Positions 37,389 to 47,898 of a stretch of 64,000 nucleotides of DNA are shown in pieces (the first letter of the stretch is position 1; each line of letters opens with the position of its first letter). Under the pieces are notes generated by a model. The model made no database searches. It was given only the letters and a program-made list of their open reading frames with translations, and was not told where the DNA came from. A program made the position numbers and the translations under genes. This DNA is from Nitrospirota bacterium (lineage in GTDB: Bacteria; Nitrospirota; UBA9217), in assembly GCA_963663225.1 (NCBI GenBank), contig OY760142.1, positions 3,136,001 through 3,200,000 of the forward strand, written 5' to 3'.

Positions 37389-40001
37389 TTCTGCAATTTC
37401 GAGCAATAGTGCCCGTATTTTTTCAAGACGGAATGAATCAGTAATCTTGAGGTGCAGCAAATCCGTCACGTAGAATGAATCCATGATGCGCGCTCCCTCG
37501 GTTACGATTTTCGCCGAACCGATGTCAAGGTTGAGGTCGTACAACGCTTTTGTGATACGGTACAGAAACCCCACCTGGTCACGAGCCGTGATGTCAATAA
37601 TTGTATAGGTGTAGGACGTTTCGTTATCAAACTCAACCCCGGCAGTGATGGTTCCGGGAACCACCTTGTCCGAAGCAAACAACCGGGGCTGCGGCGGTCT
37701 GCTCCTGTTCGCCAGCGCTTTCCTGAGCTCTGCCATCACGCTCTTCCATGCCGGCTCATAGTCATACAGCTTTCCTTCCGGTCCCGTAATCTGGAACGTG
37801 TCGATCATCACGCCGTTTCTGGACGTGTACACCTGCGCGCGAAGGATGCTCAAATTCTTCGTGGCAATTGTCCCTGACGTACGATAAAACATCCCGTATG
37901 CATCGTACGCACAAATCGTAAGTTCCGTGTACCCGCGCTCGGGGTAATGGCGGTGCTGAAGCACCAGCTGCTCTCCCGGAAGCCTTTTTACCATGCTCAT
38001 GTGGTCAACGACTTTATGTGGGGAGGTATAGATGATGTACTGGTCGGACATGGAGTCTAAAAACGCTGCAATCTCTTCAGGCGTAAATAACGAGGCCGCC
38101 GTTTTACGGATGTTTTCTGATGCTGTTGAAAATCGCACCCGCGCCGCTTCCACAGCCTGCGCGCTCGTATCGAGAGCGCCGAGTGTTCTCACATAAAGCT
38201 CGGAAAGCAACCCTGCCTTCCATTGTGTCCATGCTGTCGGGTTTACTGCAGAGATATCTGCAAAGGTGAGCAAATACAGCATGACAAGGTTTTCCCGGTT
38301 GCGCACGGTCCGGCAGAAACTGGCGATCACTTTCTGGTCGGTGAGTTCCCTGCGCTGAGACAACGAGGTCATCACCAGATGATTTTTGATGAGAAAAAGA
38401 ATGCGGTCCCGGTCCTCCCCGACAACGTTGAGCCTTGACAGAATCTTCTCCGCGAGGTCAACCCCCTTGACTTCATGTTCATGCCGGTATATTTTCCCCA
38501 GATCGTGCAGCAGGACCGCAAGGAACAGGACCCACCGTTTTTTGATGCTTTTAAACGCCTCAAACAGCGTGGAATTCGCGGGAAACCTGCCGGTCCAAAT
38601 ATTTTGAAGATTCCTGATGGCGAGCAGAATATGCTCATCCACTGTGTATTTATGGTAATAATCGTGCTTCGCAAACGCCTGGACAGCACGGAACTCGGGG
38701 ATATATCTGCCGAGGAACTTCAGGTCCTTCATCAGCGTAAGCGTTTCCCACAGCATGTCGGGGTTGTTTAATATGGTGAGAAAAATAGCTGCAGCTTCGG
38801 GGGATGATCGTGCCTCATCGCCGATTCTGCATTCACGTATGGTGCTTCGAAGACGGTCTGAAAAAACGGCATGCCGCGACTGGGCGATTTCGAAAGCGGA
38901 CAGGATGAGGGCCGGGTCCTTTGCGGAAGCATCGGGCGTGTCCAGGAGGAGGGTTTTTCCGGCGAGTTTGAACGACCCCAAAGAGACGGTCCGTGAAAAC
39001 CAGTGTCTGGGCGGTTTCCGCAGTATTGCGTCAAGCACCATATCAGTGAATTCCCTGATATTTCTCGCATGCAGAAAATAGGCCTTCATGAACCGCTCGA
39101 CTGCGAGTAAATTGGCTGAATTCCGGTAGTGAAAATCCTCCGCCGTCCGCTCCTGCAAGTCGAAGGTAAGATGGTCATTCTTCCGGCCGGAGAGAAAATG
39201 GATTTCGTTCCGCAGACGCCAGAGAAAATTTCTGGCGCGCAAAAAAGCGGCATACTGGCCATCGGTTATAATGCCTTTGCCGACCAGTTCGCCGAGCGAT
39301 GATACGCGGTAATGGGTGAATGCGGCCCACAATGCGGTGTGAAAATCCCTGAGGCCGCCCTCGCCTTCTTTGATGTTCGGTTCCCTGAGATAAATGGACC
39401 CTCCGAATTGACGGCGGGTCGCAAGCCGTTCTGACACTTTTTCCGCTATAAACGCCGCCGGTTTTTGATAAAAGACCTCACCCTGCATGGTGCGAATATA
39501 GCTGTCATAGATGCCGGTATTTCCGGCAATAAGGCGGGATTCTATGAGAGATGTGCGTATTTTGCCGTCCTGCCGGCAAAGCGATACGCATTCCTTCATG
39601 GTACGAACGCTGTAACCGACATCCAAACCGGCGTCCCACAGCGGATACAGCAGTTTCGGCGCGTGCTGCCGATCCGCTTCGTCCCGGCAGAGGAGCATGA
39701 TGTCGATATCCGAGTATGGGTTTAGTTCTCCCCTGCCGTAACCGCCTATGGCGACCAGCGTCGGCAGGGAATCCGCTATCGAGGCTTCTGCGTATGCGTT
39801 GCGAAGCACCTGGTCAATGAGGGCAGTACGGCGCTGGACGATCTCGCTGCCACTCGCTCCGTCAAAATGGGCAGTACGGATTGCCGAGCTCACGTCTGCA
39901 AGGATGGTTTTAATATTGTTACTGTTTTTTCCTGACAATTTGTCCTTCGGGCAGTTACAAAAAACCGGTGGAGCAGGATGACTGTTACCGTTTAAATACA
40001 A
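37383..40001 (-). CDS. glnD: [Protein-PII] uridylyltransferase
   Basis: GGYGRGELNPYSDID, EPNIKEGEGGLRD, YTVDEH, LHDLGK, two ACT domains. Confidence 0.96.
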   Translation of the reverse strand: MYLNGNSHPAPPVFCNCPKDKLSGKNSNNIKTILADVSSAIRTAHFDGASGSEIVQRRTALIDQVLRNAYAEASIADSLPTLVAIGGYGRGELNPYSDIDIMLLCRDEADRQHAPKLLYPLWDAGLDVGYSVRTMKECVSLCRQDGKIRTSLIESRLIAGNTGIYDSYIRTMQGEVFYQKPAAFIAEKVSERLATRRQFGGSIYLREPNIKEGEGGLRDFHTALWAAFTHYRVSSLGELVGKGIITDGQYAAFLRARNFLWRLRNEIHFLSGRKNDHLTFDLQERTAEDFHYRNSANLLAVERFMKAYFLHARNIREFTDMVLDAILRKPPRHWFSRTVSLGSFKLAGKTLLLDTPDASAKDPALILSAFEIAQSRHAVFSDRLRSTIRECRIGDEARSSPEAAAIFLTILNNPDMLWETLTLMKDLKFLGRYIPEFRAVQAFAKHDYYHKYTVDEHILLAIRNLQNIWTGRFPANSTLFEAFKSIKKRWVLFLAVLLHDLGKIYRHEHEVKGVDLAEKILSRLNVVGEDRDRILFLIKNHLVMTSLSQRRELTDQKVIASFCRTVRNRENLVMLYLLTFADISAVNPTAWTQWKAGLLSELYVRTLGALDTSAQAVEAARVRFSTASENIRKTAASLFTPEEIAAFLDSMSDQYIIYTSPHKVVDHMSMVKRLPGEQLVLQHRHYPERGYTELTICAYDAYGMFYRTSGTIATKNLSILRAQVYTSRNGVMIDTFQITGPEGKLYDYEPAWKSVMAELRKALANRSRPPQPRLFASDKVVPGTITAGVEFDNETSYTYTIIDITARDQVGFLYRITKALYDLNLDIGSAKIVTEGARIMDSFYVTDLLHLKITDSFRLEKIRALLLEIAES

Positions 40002-40395
40002 TCGATTTCAGCTCTTCAATCATGAGCGTGAACGTGCCGAATTTTGCTTCTCCATAACAGCGGGTTTTCGCATCGATATCAAAGCTCGTTTCTGTCCCGT
40101 CTATAAGGCGCACCGCGACTTTCATGAACCGGTCACGCCGTTCCTGCACGGTCAGTTCTTTTATCTTATCGAAGGGAATTGTTACCTGCATCATGCCGAT
40201 GTTTCCGGCGAAATGAATGCGCCCTTCCCAACTGAATTTTTCTCCTTCAATCCTGACTCCTGATGCATCAGTAACGACAACGGTGTAATTCTTCTCCACC
40301 CGTGGTGCTCGTTCCACCCCACCGGTCCCGCCCATTGCCGTCAGGAGGAGGAATGCACCAAGAAGAGCGGCGATACAGAACAGTCGTCGAAACAT
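39985..40395 (-). CDS. Exported hypothetical protein
   Basis: Signal peptide; AAAGGAG RBS. Confidence 0.7.
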   Translation of the reverse strand: MFRRLFCIAALLGAFLLLTAMGGTGGVERAPRVEKNYTVVVTDASGVRIEGEKFSWEGRIHFAGNIGMMQVTIPFDKIKELTVQERRDRFMKVAVRLIDGTETSFDIDAKTRCYGEAKFGTFTLMIEELKSIVFKR

Positions 40396-40629
40396 TGATA
40401 ATCTCCTTTCAACAGCTGATTTTATTCTAAAATAAGATTACCATGAAGCTGCATCGCTTTCAAGAAAAAAGCCTGCTGTGACAAATCGGTGACGTAATTC
40501 CTGTTGGGAAAAGATCATGAACAAGTCTGTCACGATAGAGTGAAAAAAGCTTGCAAAGGACAACCCGTTTGTGTAAGGTACGAAGGATATCGGCAGTCAG
40601 TTGAATATAATGCGATTTAAGGACTCTGC

Positions 40630-41403
40630 ATGCACAATACGTTCCAATCACTGATCGACCTGATGGCCAGACTTCGCGGACCGGGAGGCTGCCCTTGGGA
40701 CCGCAAACAGACAACCGATTCACTCAAACCGTTCCTTATCGAGGAATGTTATGAAGTCGTGGACGCTCTCGACGAAGGGGCTCCTGATAAAATCAAGGAA
40801 GAACTGGGAGACCTGCTGTTCCAGATCATGTTCCATGCGCGCCTTGCGGAGGAACAGGGACAGTTCACCATCGATGATGTGATCAGCGGCAGCGTTGAAA
40901 AAATGATCCGCCGCCATCCTCATGTATTCGGCGATGCGCAGCTCAACACCGACAAGGATGTCCTTGCAAACTGGGAACAAATAAAAAAGAAAGAAAAAAC
41001 CCATCAGGAGCGTAAATCCGTCCTTGAGGGCGTTCCGAAGCACCTGCCCTCCCTTCTTCGTGCCCACAGCCTTCAGCAACGCGCCGCCCGCGTAGGATTC
41101 GATTGGAACAAAATTGATGAAGCCCTGCCCAAGCTTGATGAAGAAATGGCCGAGTTCAAGGCATCGCTCAAGCAAAAAGATGCTGCAGGCATTGAAGAGG
41201 AACTCGGCGATATCTTCTTCATGTTGGTGAATATTTCAAGGTTCCTGGGCGTCAATCCTGATGCAGCTCTGCGCAAAACCATCAGCAAATTCATCCACCG
41301 TTTCCGATATATCGAGGAACACGCAGCCGACGCCGGAAAAACACTGAATGAGATGACGCTGGAAGAGATGGAAATGCTGTGGCAAAAAAGCAAAGCGAAA
41401 TAA
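40630..41403 (+). CDS. mazG: Nucleoside triphosphate pyrophosphohydrolase
   Basis: LRGPGGCPWDRKQT, EELGDLL, RRHPHVF, tandem domains. Confidence 0.96.
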   Translation: MHNTFQSLIDLMARLRGPGGCPWDRKQTTDSLKPFLIEECYEVVDALDEGAPDKIKEELGDLLFQIMFHARLAEEQGQFTIDDVISGSVEKMIRRHPHVFGDAQLNTDKDVLANWEQIKKKEKTHQERKSVLEGVPKHLPSLLRAHSLQQRAARVGFDWNKIDEALPKLDEEMAEFKASLKQKDAAGIEEELGDIFFMLVNISRFLGVNPDAALRKTISKFIHRFRYIEEHAADAGKTLNEMTLEEMEMLWQKSKAK

Positions 41404-41500
41404 ACATGCATATTCGCCGCTGCACCCGGTGTGATGAAGGCAAAGCAATCAACAAGAAAGTTTTCTATAATAAATTATAAAACAATACTTGAGGGCTGAA

Positions 41501-42340
41501 ATGAGAAAAACCGCACTTATTTTCATCGTCCTGAGTTTGATGCTGTGCACCAGTGGAATTGCAGATGAATCCGAACGTGTCGGGGCCGGTCAAAAAGGGA
41601 CCACGCTTTCACTCGCGTATGACGGCAACTATCTCTATTATAAGGAAGTAGCTGGTGGAGAAGGCATCGACCGGGACACCAGCTGGCAGAGCGGCGCTTT
41701 TCTTGAACTCCGGGGAGACAACGAATTCCTGTTCGCGCGCATCGCGACCAGCTTTGTCATGTCTACTTCCGCACGATATACCGGGGCGCTCCAAAACGGC
41801 ACCCCTCTCACCACAGACACGAAAGAGCAGGTTTACAATGGAGAAGTCAATATCGGTTTTAAAGCGCTGAACCTCGGCCCAACAACCCTGTCGCCCTATG
41901 CCGGAATCGGATACCATTTCTGGAGACGGGGCGAAGACAATCTTCCTGTCTATCAGGAAGACTATAAATGGTGGTATGTTGCGGCAGGCCTTAATTTTGC
42001 TGCCAGATTCGACAAACTGCTTCTTAGTCTCGATGGTGCGGTTATGTTTCCCTTTGACGCCGAGATGAAAACCAGCACGGCCGGACTATACGATGAAGCC
42101 ACCTTTAATATCAAATCGCGTCCCGGCTTTCGGGCCGACGCCACAATAAACTACACCGTGTACTCAAACGAGAAAATCAACCTGATCGTCTTTGCCAATC
42201 CCTACTATCAGCGCTGGAACATCGGCGCATCAGATTCCGTTGTTCAGACCCGCGGGGGAACTCCTGTTAACATGGCCTACGAGCCAAAAAGCAATACTGA
42301 TATCTACGGAGTCAGGATCGGCCTGGGGATCAACTTTTAA
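41501..42340 (+). CDS. Outer-membrane beta-barrel protein
   Basis: Signal peptide, alternating beta pattern, C-terminal GINF. Confidence 0.75.
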   Translation: MRKTALIFIVLSLMLCTSGIADESERVGAGQKGTTLSLAYDGNYLYYKEVAGGEGIDRDTSWQSGAFLELRGDNEFLFARIATSFVMSTSARYTGALQNGTPLTTDTKEQVYNGEVNIGFKALNLGPTTLSPYAGIGYHFWRRGEDNLPVYQEDYKWWYVAAGLNFAARFDKLLLSLDGAVMFPFDAEMKTSTAGLYDEATFNIKSRPGFRADATINYTVYSNEKINLIVFANPYYQRWNIGASDSVVQTRGGTPVNMAYEPKSNTDIYGVRIGLGINF

Positions 42341-42366
42341 ACCGCTTTTTCAACCAGGCGAATAAA

Positions 42367-42876
42367 ATGAAGATTGACATGTTTATCAGTGTCTTGACAG
42401 CAGCACAGGTTGAAACAGTCGCGGTTCTGGCCCGAAAAATCTGGACAGAACACTATGTTCCTCTGATCGGCAAGGAACAGGTTAAGTACATGCTCCATAA
42501 GTTTCAATCGACACAGGCCATTGCCGACCAGATCACAAATGGACATCTGTATTTTCTGATAATGAATAGCGAACGCCCTGTCGGTTATCTAAGCGTCCAG
42601 CCCAGAAACGAGGAGTTGTTTTTGAGCAAGCTGTATGTTGTCTCATCCGAACGCAACAACGGCTTTGGCAGATCGGCCATTCACTTTTGCCAAAGGATTG
42701 CTCAGGAGAGGAACCTGAACAAAATCACGCTCACCGTGAATAAAATGAATCAAAATTCCATCAATGCCTATCTAAAGTTCGGTTTCAAAAATCAAGGCCC
42801 GATTCTTCAGGATATCGGCAACGGGTTTGTGATGGATGATTATAAAATGGAAAAAGTTTTTACTGACGGCAAATAA
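42367..42876 (+). CDS. GNAT N-acetyltransferase
   Basis: LSKLYV..RNNGFG..LTVNKMN..AYLKFGF..DIGNGFVMDDY. Confidence 0.88.
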   Translation: MKIDMFISVLTAAQVETVAVLARKIWTEHYVPLIGKEQVKYMLHKFQSTQAIADQITNGHLYFLIMNSERPVGYLSVQPRNEELFLSKLYVVSSERNNGFGRSAIHFCQRIAQERNLNKITLTVNKMNQNSINAYLKFGFKNQGPILQDIGNGFVMDDYKMEKVFTDGK

Positions 42877-42904
42877 TAGATTTAGGAAATGGAATAAAAT
42901 TCGC

Positions 42905-45136
42905 ATGACATCTGGACACAGCAAAATCATTGCACATGAGCTATCACTCACGGAAAAACAGGTGCTCACCTGTGCCGCCCTGCTCGATGAAGGCGCTACC
43001 GTGCCGTTTATTTCCCGCTACCGCAAGGAAGCAACCGGTTCTCTCGACGAAGTGGCGGTCACCGCAATACGCGACCGGCTGGCGCAGCTCCGTGAACTGG
43101 ACAAGCGCAGGGACGCGATTCTGAAATCCCTTGAAGAGTCAGGCAAACTTACCGGGGATCTTAAAGACAGAATTTCAACCGCAGAGACCATGACTGCACT
43201 GGAGGACATGTATCTGCCCTTTCGCCCGAAGCGCCGCACAAAAGCGGCAGTTGCCCGAGAGAAGGGACTTGAACCTCTGGCACAGCGCTTGTTTTTGCAG
43301 GAAGACAGGACTGATCCCGCGGCTGAGGCCGCTGCGTTTGTAAATCCGGAGCAAGGCATCGAATCACCGGACGATGCGCTCGCAGGTGCGCGAGACATCA
43401 TCGCAGAATGGATAAGTGAAGACGCTACGGCACGCGCAAAAATGCGCGACTTATACGTTGCAAAAGGCCGGTTTAAGACAAAAATAGTATCCGGCAAAGA
43501 AGAGGAAGGAATCAAATACAAGGATTACTTTGACTGGGAAGAGCCGGTACATGACGCCCCTTCGCACCGCATTTTGGCCATGAGGCGGGGCGAGAATGAA
43601 GGCTTTCTTATCTTACGAGCAATGCCGCCGGAAGAGGACGCTTTGTGCATTCTGGACGCTCTTTTTGTAAAGAACGAAGGACCCGCTTCGCGTCAGGTCG
43701 CGACGGCCCTCCGTGACGGTTACAAGCGCCTGCTCTCCCTGTCCATTGAGACGGAAATCCGCCTTTCTGCCAAGGAACAGGCTGATTCTGGAGCAATCCG
43801 GGTCTTTGCGCAAAATCTTAAGCAACTTCTGCTGGCCGCCCCGCTCGGCAGGAAAAACATTCTTGCCATAGATCCCGGTTTTCGCACCGGCTGCAAAGTG
43901 GCGTGCATCGACCGTCAGGGAAAACTGCTGCATCACGACACGATCTATCCGCTTTTTTCAGAAAAAAACTCAGCCGAAGCCGGAGCGATCATCCGGGACC
44001 TCTGCAAACAATTCCAGGTAGAAGCTATCGCTATCGGAAACGGAACCGCGGGAAGAGAAACGGAGGCCTTTGTCAAAAAACTCGGCCTGCCTGCGGCGAT
44101 CCAGATCGTAACGGTGAATGAAAGCGGCGCATCGATCTATTCTGCATCGGAAACCGCCAGGGAGGAATTTCCCGATCAGGATTTGACCGTACGGGGGGCG
44201 GTTTCCATCGGCCGGAGGCTGATGGATCCTCTCGCCGAGCTTGTTAAAATCGACCCCAAGTCAATCGGAGTCGGTCAATATCAGCATGATGTTGACCAGG
44301 CAGCCTTAAAACACAGCCTCGATGATGTGGTTGCTCACTGCGTCAATGCCGTCGGCGTTGAAGTGAACACCGCGAGCAAGCAACTGCTCATGTATGTTTC
44401 CGGCCTGGGTCCGCAATTGGCCGGAAACATTGTTGAATACCGCAATCAGCACGGGCCTTTTCGCTCACGCATGGAATTGAAAAATGTGCCTAAGCTCGGC
44501 CCAAAAACCTTCGAGCAGGCCGCAGGCTTTTTAAGAATCCATGGAGGAGAAGATCCGCTCGATGCGAGTGCGGTACATCCCGAAAGCTACCATGTAGTAT
44601 CTGCCATGGCCGGCGATCTGAAGTGCACAATCCAAGACCTGATGCAGAATAGCGACCTGAGGGGAAGAATAAATCTGAACAGATATATCAGCGACGCAAC
44701 CGGCCTCCCGACACTGCAGGACATCATGAGTGAGCTGGCAAAACCCGGCCGGGACCCCCGTGACACGTTCGAAGCATTCAGTTTTACCGAAGGCATCGAG
44801 AAGATTGAAGACCTGAAACCGGGCATGAAGCTGCCGGGAGTAGTGACGAACGTGACGGCATTCGGCGCCTTTATCGACATCGGCGTCCATCAGGACGGCC
44901 TTGCCCATCTCAGCCAGTTGTCGGACCGGTTCATAAAAAATCCCGGTGAAGCTGTGACTGTGCACCAGAAAGTGATGGCCACGGTGCTTGACGTTGATGT
45001 GCAGCGGAAACGGATATCGCTTTCTCTCAAAAGAAATCCTCACCAGCCGGGCAGTCAAAAAAAAGAACCAAAGCAGCAAGAGAGACAGGTTAATTATCGT
45101 GCATTACAGCAGGCGTTTATGAAGACCCGCACCTAG
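42905..45136 (+). CDS. tex: Tex family RNA-binding transcriptional accessory protein
   Basis: GATVPFISRYRKEATGSLDE, IDPGFRTGCK, KIDPKSIGVGQYQHD, S1 domain. Confidence 0.95.
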   Translation: MTSGHSKIIAHELSLTEKQVLTCAALLDEGATVPFISRYRKEATGSLDEVAVTAIRDRLAQLRELDKRRDAILKSLEESGKLTGDLKDRISTAETMTALEDMYLPFRPKRRTKAAVAREKGLEPLAQRLFLQEDRTDPAAEAAAFVNPEQGIESPDDALAGARDIIAEWISEDATARAKMRDLYVAKGRFKTKIVSGKEEEGIKYKDYFDWEEPVHDAPSHRILAMRRGENEGFLILRAMPPEEDALCILDALFVKNEGPASRQVATALRDGYKRLLSLSIETEIRLSAKEQADSGAIRVFAQNLKQLLLAAPLGRKNILAIDPGFRTGCKVACIDRQGKLLHHDTIYPLFSEKNSAEAGAIIRDLCKQFQVEAIAIGNGTAGRETEAFVKKLGLPAAIQIVTVNESGASIYSASETAREEFPDQDLTVRGAVSIGRRLMDPLAELVKIDPKSIGVGQYQHDVDQAALKHSLDDVVAHCVNAVGVEVNTASKQLLMYVSGLGPQLAGNIVEYRNQHGPFRSRMELKNVPKLGPKTFEQAAGFLRIHGGEDPLDASAVHPESYHVVSAMAGDLKCTIQDLMQNSDLRGRINLNRYISDATGLPTLQDIMSELAKPGRDPRDTFEAFSFTEGIEKIEDLKPGMKLPGVVTNVTAFGAFIDIGVHQDGLAHLSQLSDRFIKNPGEAVTVHQKVMATVLDVDVQRKRISLSLKRNPHQPGSQKKEPKQQERQVNYRALQQAFMKTRT

Positions 45137-45165
45137 ATGATTTGAACAACTGCGGCAGAATAACC

Positions 45166-46047
45166 ATGAAAAAAACAAATTATTTTTTCCGAATGTTCGC
45201 ATTGTTGTTCTCTCTCCTGATGGTACAGTCAACGGGAGAGATTCGCATTGCCCTTGCTCAGCAAAAGAATGCGAAAAACGAACGTCTCCCGGTGGAGATA
45301 TCCTGGAACCCCATCGCCGCCGGAGTTGAATATGCTGCACAGAGGATCATGGACAGCCCTGCCGCCGGCGACGGGGTCCTGCACATCGTACGAATTGATC
45401 CTGCGAAGGCAAAACTTCGCTCACTCATGGCATCCGCCATAGACAAGCAGCCCCGCACGGCACAAACCTGGTGCACCTCATTCGGTTTGGCCGCCGTGAT
45501 CAATGCCGGCATGTATGATCTGGACCACCTCACCCACGTCGGGTACATGAAGAATGAAAAGCATATTAACAACCGGCGATGGTCGAAGCAGTACAACAGC
45601 GTTTTTGTATTTAATCCGCTGAAAGCCGATCTTCCTCAAGCGCAGATTATTGACCTTGCCGAAAACCGTCCCCCGGTTCTCGAAAGCTACGGAACGGTAA
45701 TCCAAAATCTTCGTCTGATTAAAGGAACGGGAATCAATGCCTGGAAGGAACAACCCAAAAAATGGAGCGAATCAGCGCTTGCCATAGACAACCGGGGCAG
45801 AGTGCTTTTTCTGTTCATCCGGTCCCCTCTTTCAATGCACGAGTTCAATGAAAAAATACTGCAATTGGCGCTCAATATCAGCCGCGCAATGCATCTTGAA
45901 GGCGGACCGGTGTCGAGCCTTTCAATATGCACCCCTGAAAAACAGATCCATTTATCCGGAGCCCTGGAAATGGGACCAATAGATGATGGCGGAAAATACG
46001 GACAATGGCCCTTGCCGAACATAATAGGAGTCGTTGCTGGTCAATAA
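45166..46047 (+). CDS. Phosphodiester glycosidase (NAGPA-like) family protein
   Basis: VVRIDP-like strand, AVINAGMY, ALAID..G, AMHLEGG; signal peptide. Confidence 0.75.
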   Translation: MKKTNYFFRMFALLFSLLMVQSTGEIRIALAQQKNAKNERLPVEISWNPIAAGVEYAAQRIMDSPAAGDGVLHIVRIDPAKAKLRSLMASAIDKQPRTAQTWCTSFGLAAVINAGMYDLDHLTHVGYMKNEKHINNRRWSKQYNSVFVFNPLKADLPQAQIIDLAENRPPVLESYGTVIQNLRLIKGTGINAWKEQPKKWSESALAIDNRGRVLFLFIRSPLSMHEFNEKILQLALNISRAMHLEGGPVSSLSICTPEKQIHLSGALEMGPIDDGGKYGQWPLPNIIGVVAGQ

Positions 46048-46058
46048 GGAGAAATATT

Positions 46059-46346
46059 ATGGATGCTCCAGGTAGCAAAGAAAAAATGCTGAACCTCTCA
46101 CAGTATGAACACGGCATCCTGAGCCAGCTGCGATTGTTTCAAATCGCCGGATTGTGCGCCGCCGCCTTCGGCTTGCTGGGCATCCTCGCGGGCCTTTACA
46201 GCGTTTTTTTCCGGACGATGGCTCCTGTCGAGGCTATCATAGTAAAAGTCCTGATTCTCAATTCTTGCGGCATAATCATATTCAGCCTGCTTTTTTATAT
46301 CATGTCCCGTTTTGTTGAGAAGTTCAAAAATTTTTTAAACCTTTAA
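46059..46346 (+). CDS. Small two-TM membrane protein
   Basis: AAGGAG RBS; two hydrophobic helices. Confidence 0.6.
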   Translation: MDAPGSKEKMLNLSQYEHGILSQLRLFQIAGLCAAAFGLLGILAGLYSVFFRTMAPVEAIIVKVLILNSCGIIIFSLLFYIMSRFVEKFKNFLNL

Positions 46347-46414
46347 TTTAGATTATTCACCTGTTGAAAGCTTTTTTCATTTAAGCGATATGATGTTTGA
46401 TGACGGAGGCAATA

Positions 46415-47878
46415 ATGCGTTTTAAACTGATCGTTCTGGGAGTAATTCTTTTATTGTCAGGGTGTTTTCATACGGTTAAAACAGGCGAGATAGCCCTCAA
46501 CCTTCAATCGGGTTCCGACCTTACGCTTGGCTTGTCGAAAAAGGATATTTCTGTTGCAGACACAAAATACAATTTTCATTCCCCTTTATTCATAAGCAAT
46601 TTACTCCTGGACACCCTGATGGCGGAATCAAACGGCCGGGTGGTGCCACCTGTAAATCAGCCGCTTTCGCTGTCGATTACCTACGACTTTCAACCTGAAT
46701 TTCAGCCTAACATTTTTATCGGAGTTACTTCACTCTTCATCCCCATACTCGGATTTATCCCCGAGTCAAATGAAGAGCGGTATCGCGTGGAATATGCCGT
46801 CAAGGACCCGCAGGGCACTGTAGTGTATCAGCGCTCCCTGGAAAACACAGTCGAGGGGAGCATAAAAGGATGGTATGTCGGGAGAATCGGCGCAGCTACC
46901 AATTTAAAGAAAGCCGAAGCTCTACTGGCGGCAAAAAACGCAGCGCGACTGGTTTTAAAAGACCTTGATGAACATTCAGGGAAAATCCTTGCCGCCGTTC
47001 GATCAGCCCGCATCCCCTCCACCGCATCCGGCAGACATTTTAATACAACTGCCGCACAGGACATTATTCGTAGCACTCCGCAAGAATCTCTTCCTTCTGC
47101 TGCCGCTGTCAGCTCTGATGTGGATGAATTGCCTTCAAAAAAAGCAAAGGCCAAAAATGCCTACGCCATCGTAATCGGCATTGAAACATATCGCCAGAAA
47201 CTGCCTCCCGCGGATTTTGCCGTTCGCGACGCCTCCACCATTACGGAGTATCTGACGAAAGTCCTCGGATATCCTGAAGAGAATGTCATAACGCTTCTGA
47301 ATGACAGAGCATTGCAAAGCGACCTTGCAAAATATTTTGAAAAATGGCTCCCGAACAATGTTGAGCAAGGCAATACCGTCTTTGTGTACTACTCAGGCCA
47401 CGGCGCTCCCAATCCGAAAACGGGAGACGCCTATCTTGTTCCGTATGATGGTGATCCGACATTTATTACCGAGACTGGATATTCATTGAAAAGAATGTAT
47501 GATGCTCTCGGAAAACTGCCGGCCAAGGAAATTATCATTGCTCTGGACTCCTGCTTTTCCGGTGCGGGCGGCAGATCGGTCATCGCCAAAGGTTCACGTC
47601 CCCTTGTCGTTAATCTTCAGACCAACATTGTCCTATCCAAAAACATGACGGTTTTATCCGCGTCCTCAGATGACCAAACAAGTTCTGCTTACGCTGAAAA
47701 AGGACATGGTTTGTTCACCTATTTCCTGCTCAAAGCAATCAAAAATGAAGATGTTGTGCGGAAAGATGGATCGCTCAAGATTGAGGATTTATATGATTAT
47801 CTCAAACCGCAGGTGGAGCGCGTCGCCAGAAAACAATACAACAATGAGCAAATGCCCCAGTTAATATACCCGAAGTGA
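46415..47878 (+). CDS. Caspase-family (peptidase C14) lipoprotein
   Basis: LSGC lipobox; YYSGHG and LDSCFSG catalytic dyad. Confidence 0.9.
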   Translation: MRFKLIVLGVILLLSGCFHTVKTGEIALNLQSGSDLTLGLSKKDISVADTKYNFHSPLFISNLLLDTLMAESNGRVVPPVNQPLSLSITYDFQPEFQPNIFIGVTSLFIPILGFIPESNEERYRVEYAVKDPQGTVVYQRSLENTVEGSIKGWYVGRIGAATNLKKAEALLAAKNAARLVLKDLDEHSGKILAAVRSARIPSTASGRHFNTTAAQDIIRSTPQESLPSAAAVSSDVDELPSKKAKAKNAYAIVIGIETYRQKLPPADFAVRDASTITEYLTKVLGYPEENVITLLNDRALQSDLAKYFEKWLPNNVEQGNTVFVYYSGHGAPNPKTGDAYLVPYDGDPTFITETGYSLKRMYDALGKLPAKEIIIALDSCFSGAGGRSVIAKGSRPLVVNLQTNIVLSKNMTVLSASSDDQTSSAYAEKGHGLFTYFLLKAIKNEDVVRKDGSLKIEDLYDYLKPQVERVARKQYNNEQMPQLIYPK

Positions 47879-47898
47879 TAGAAAACGGAACGCAAAAG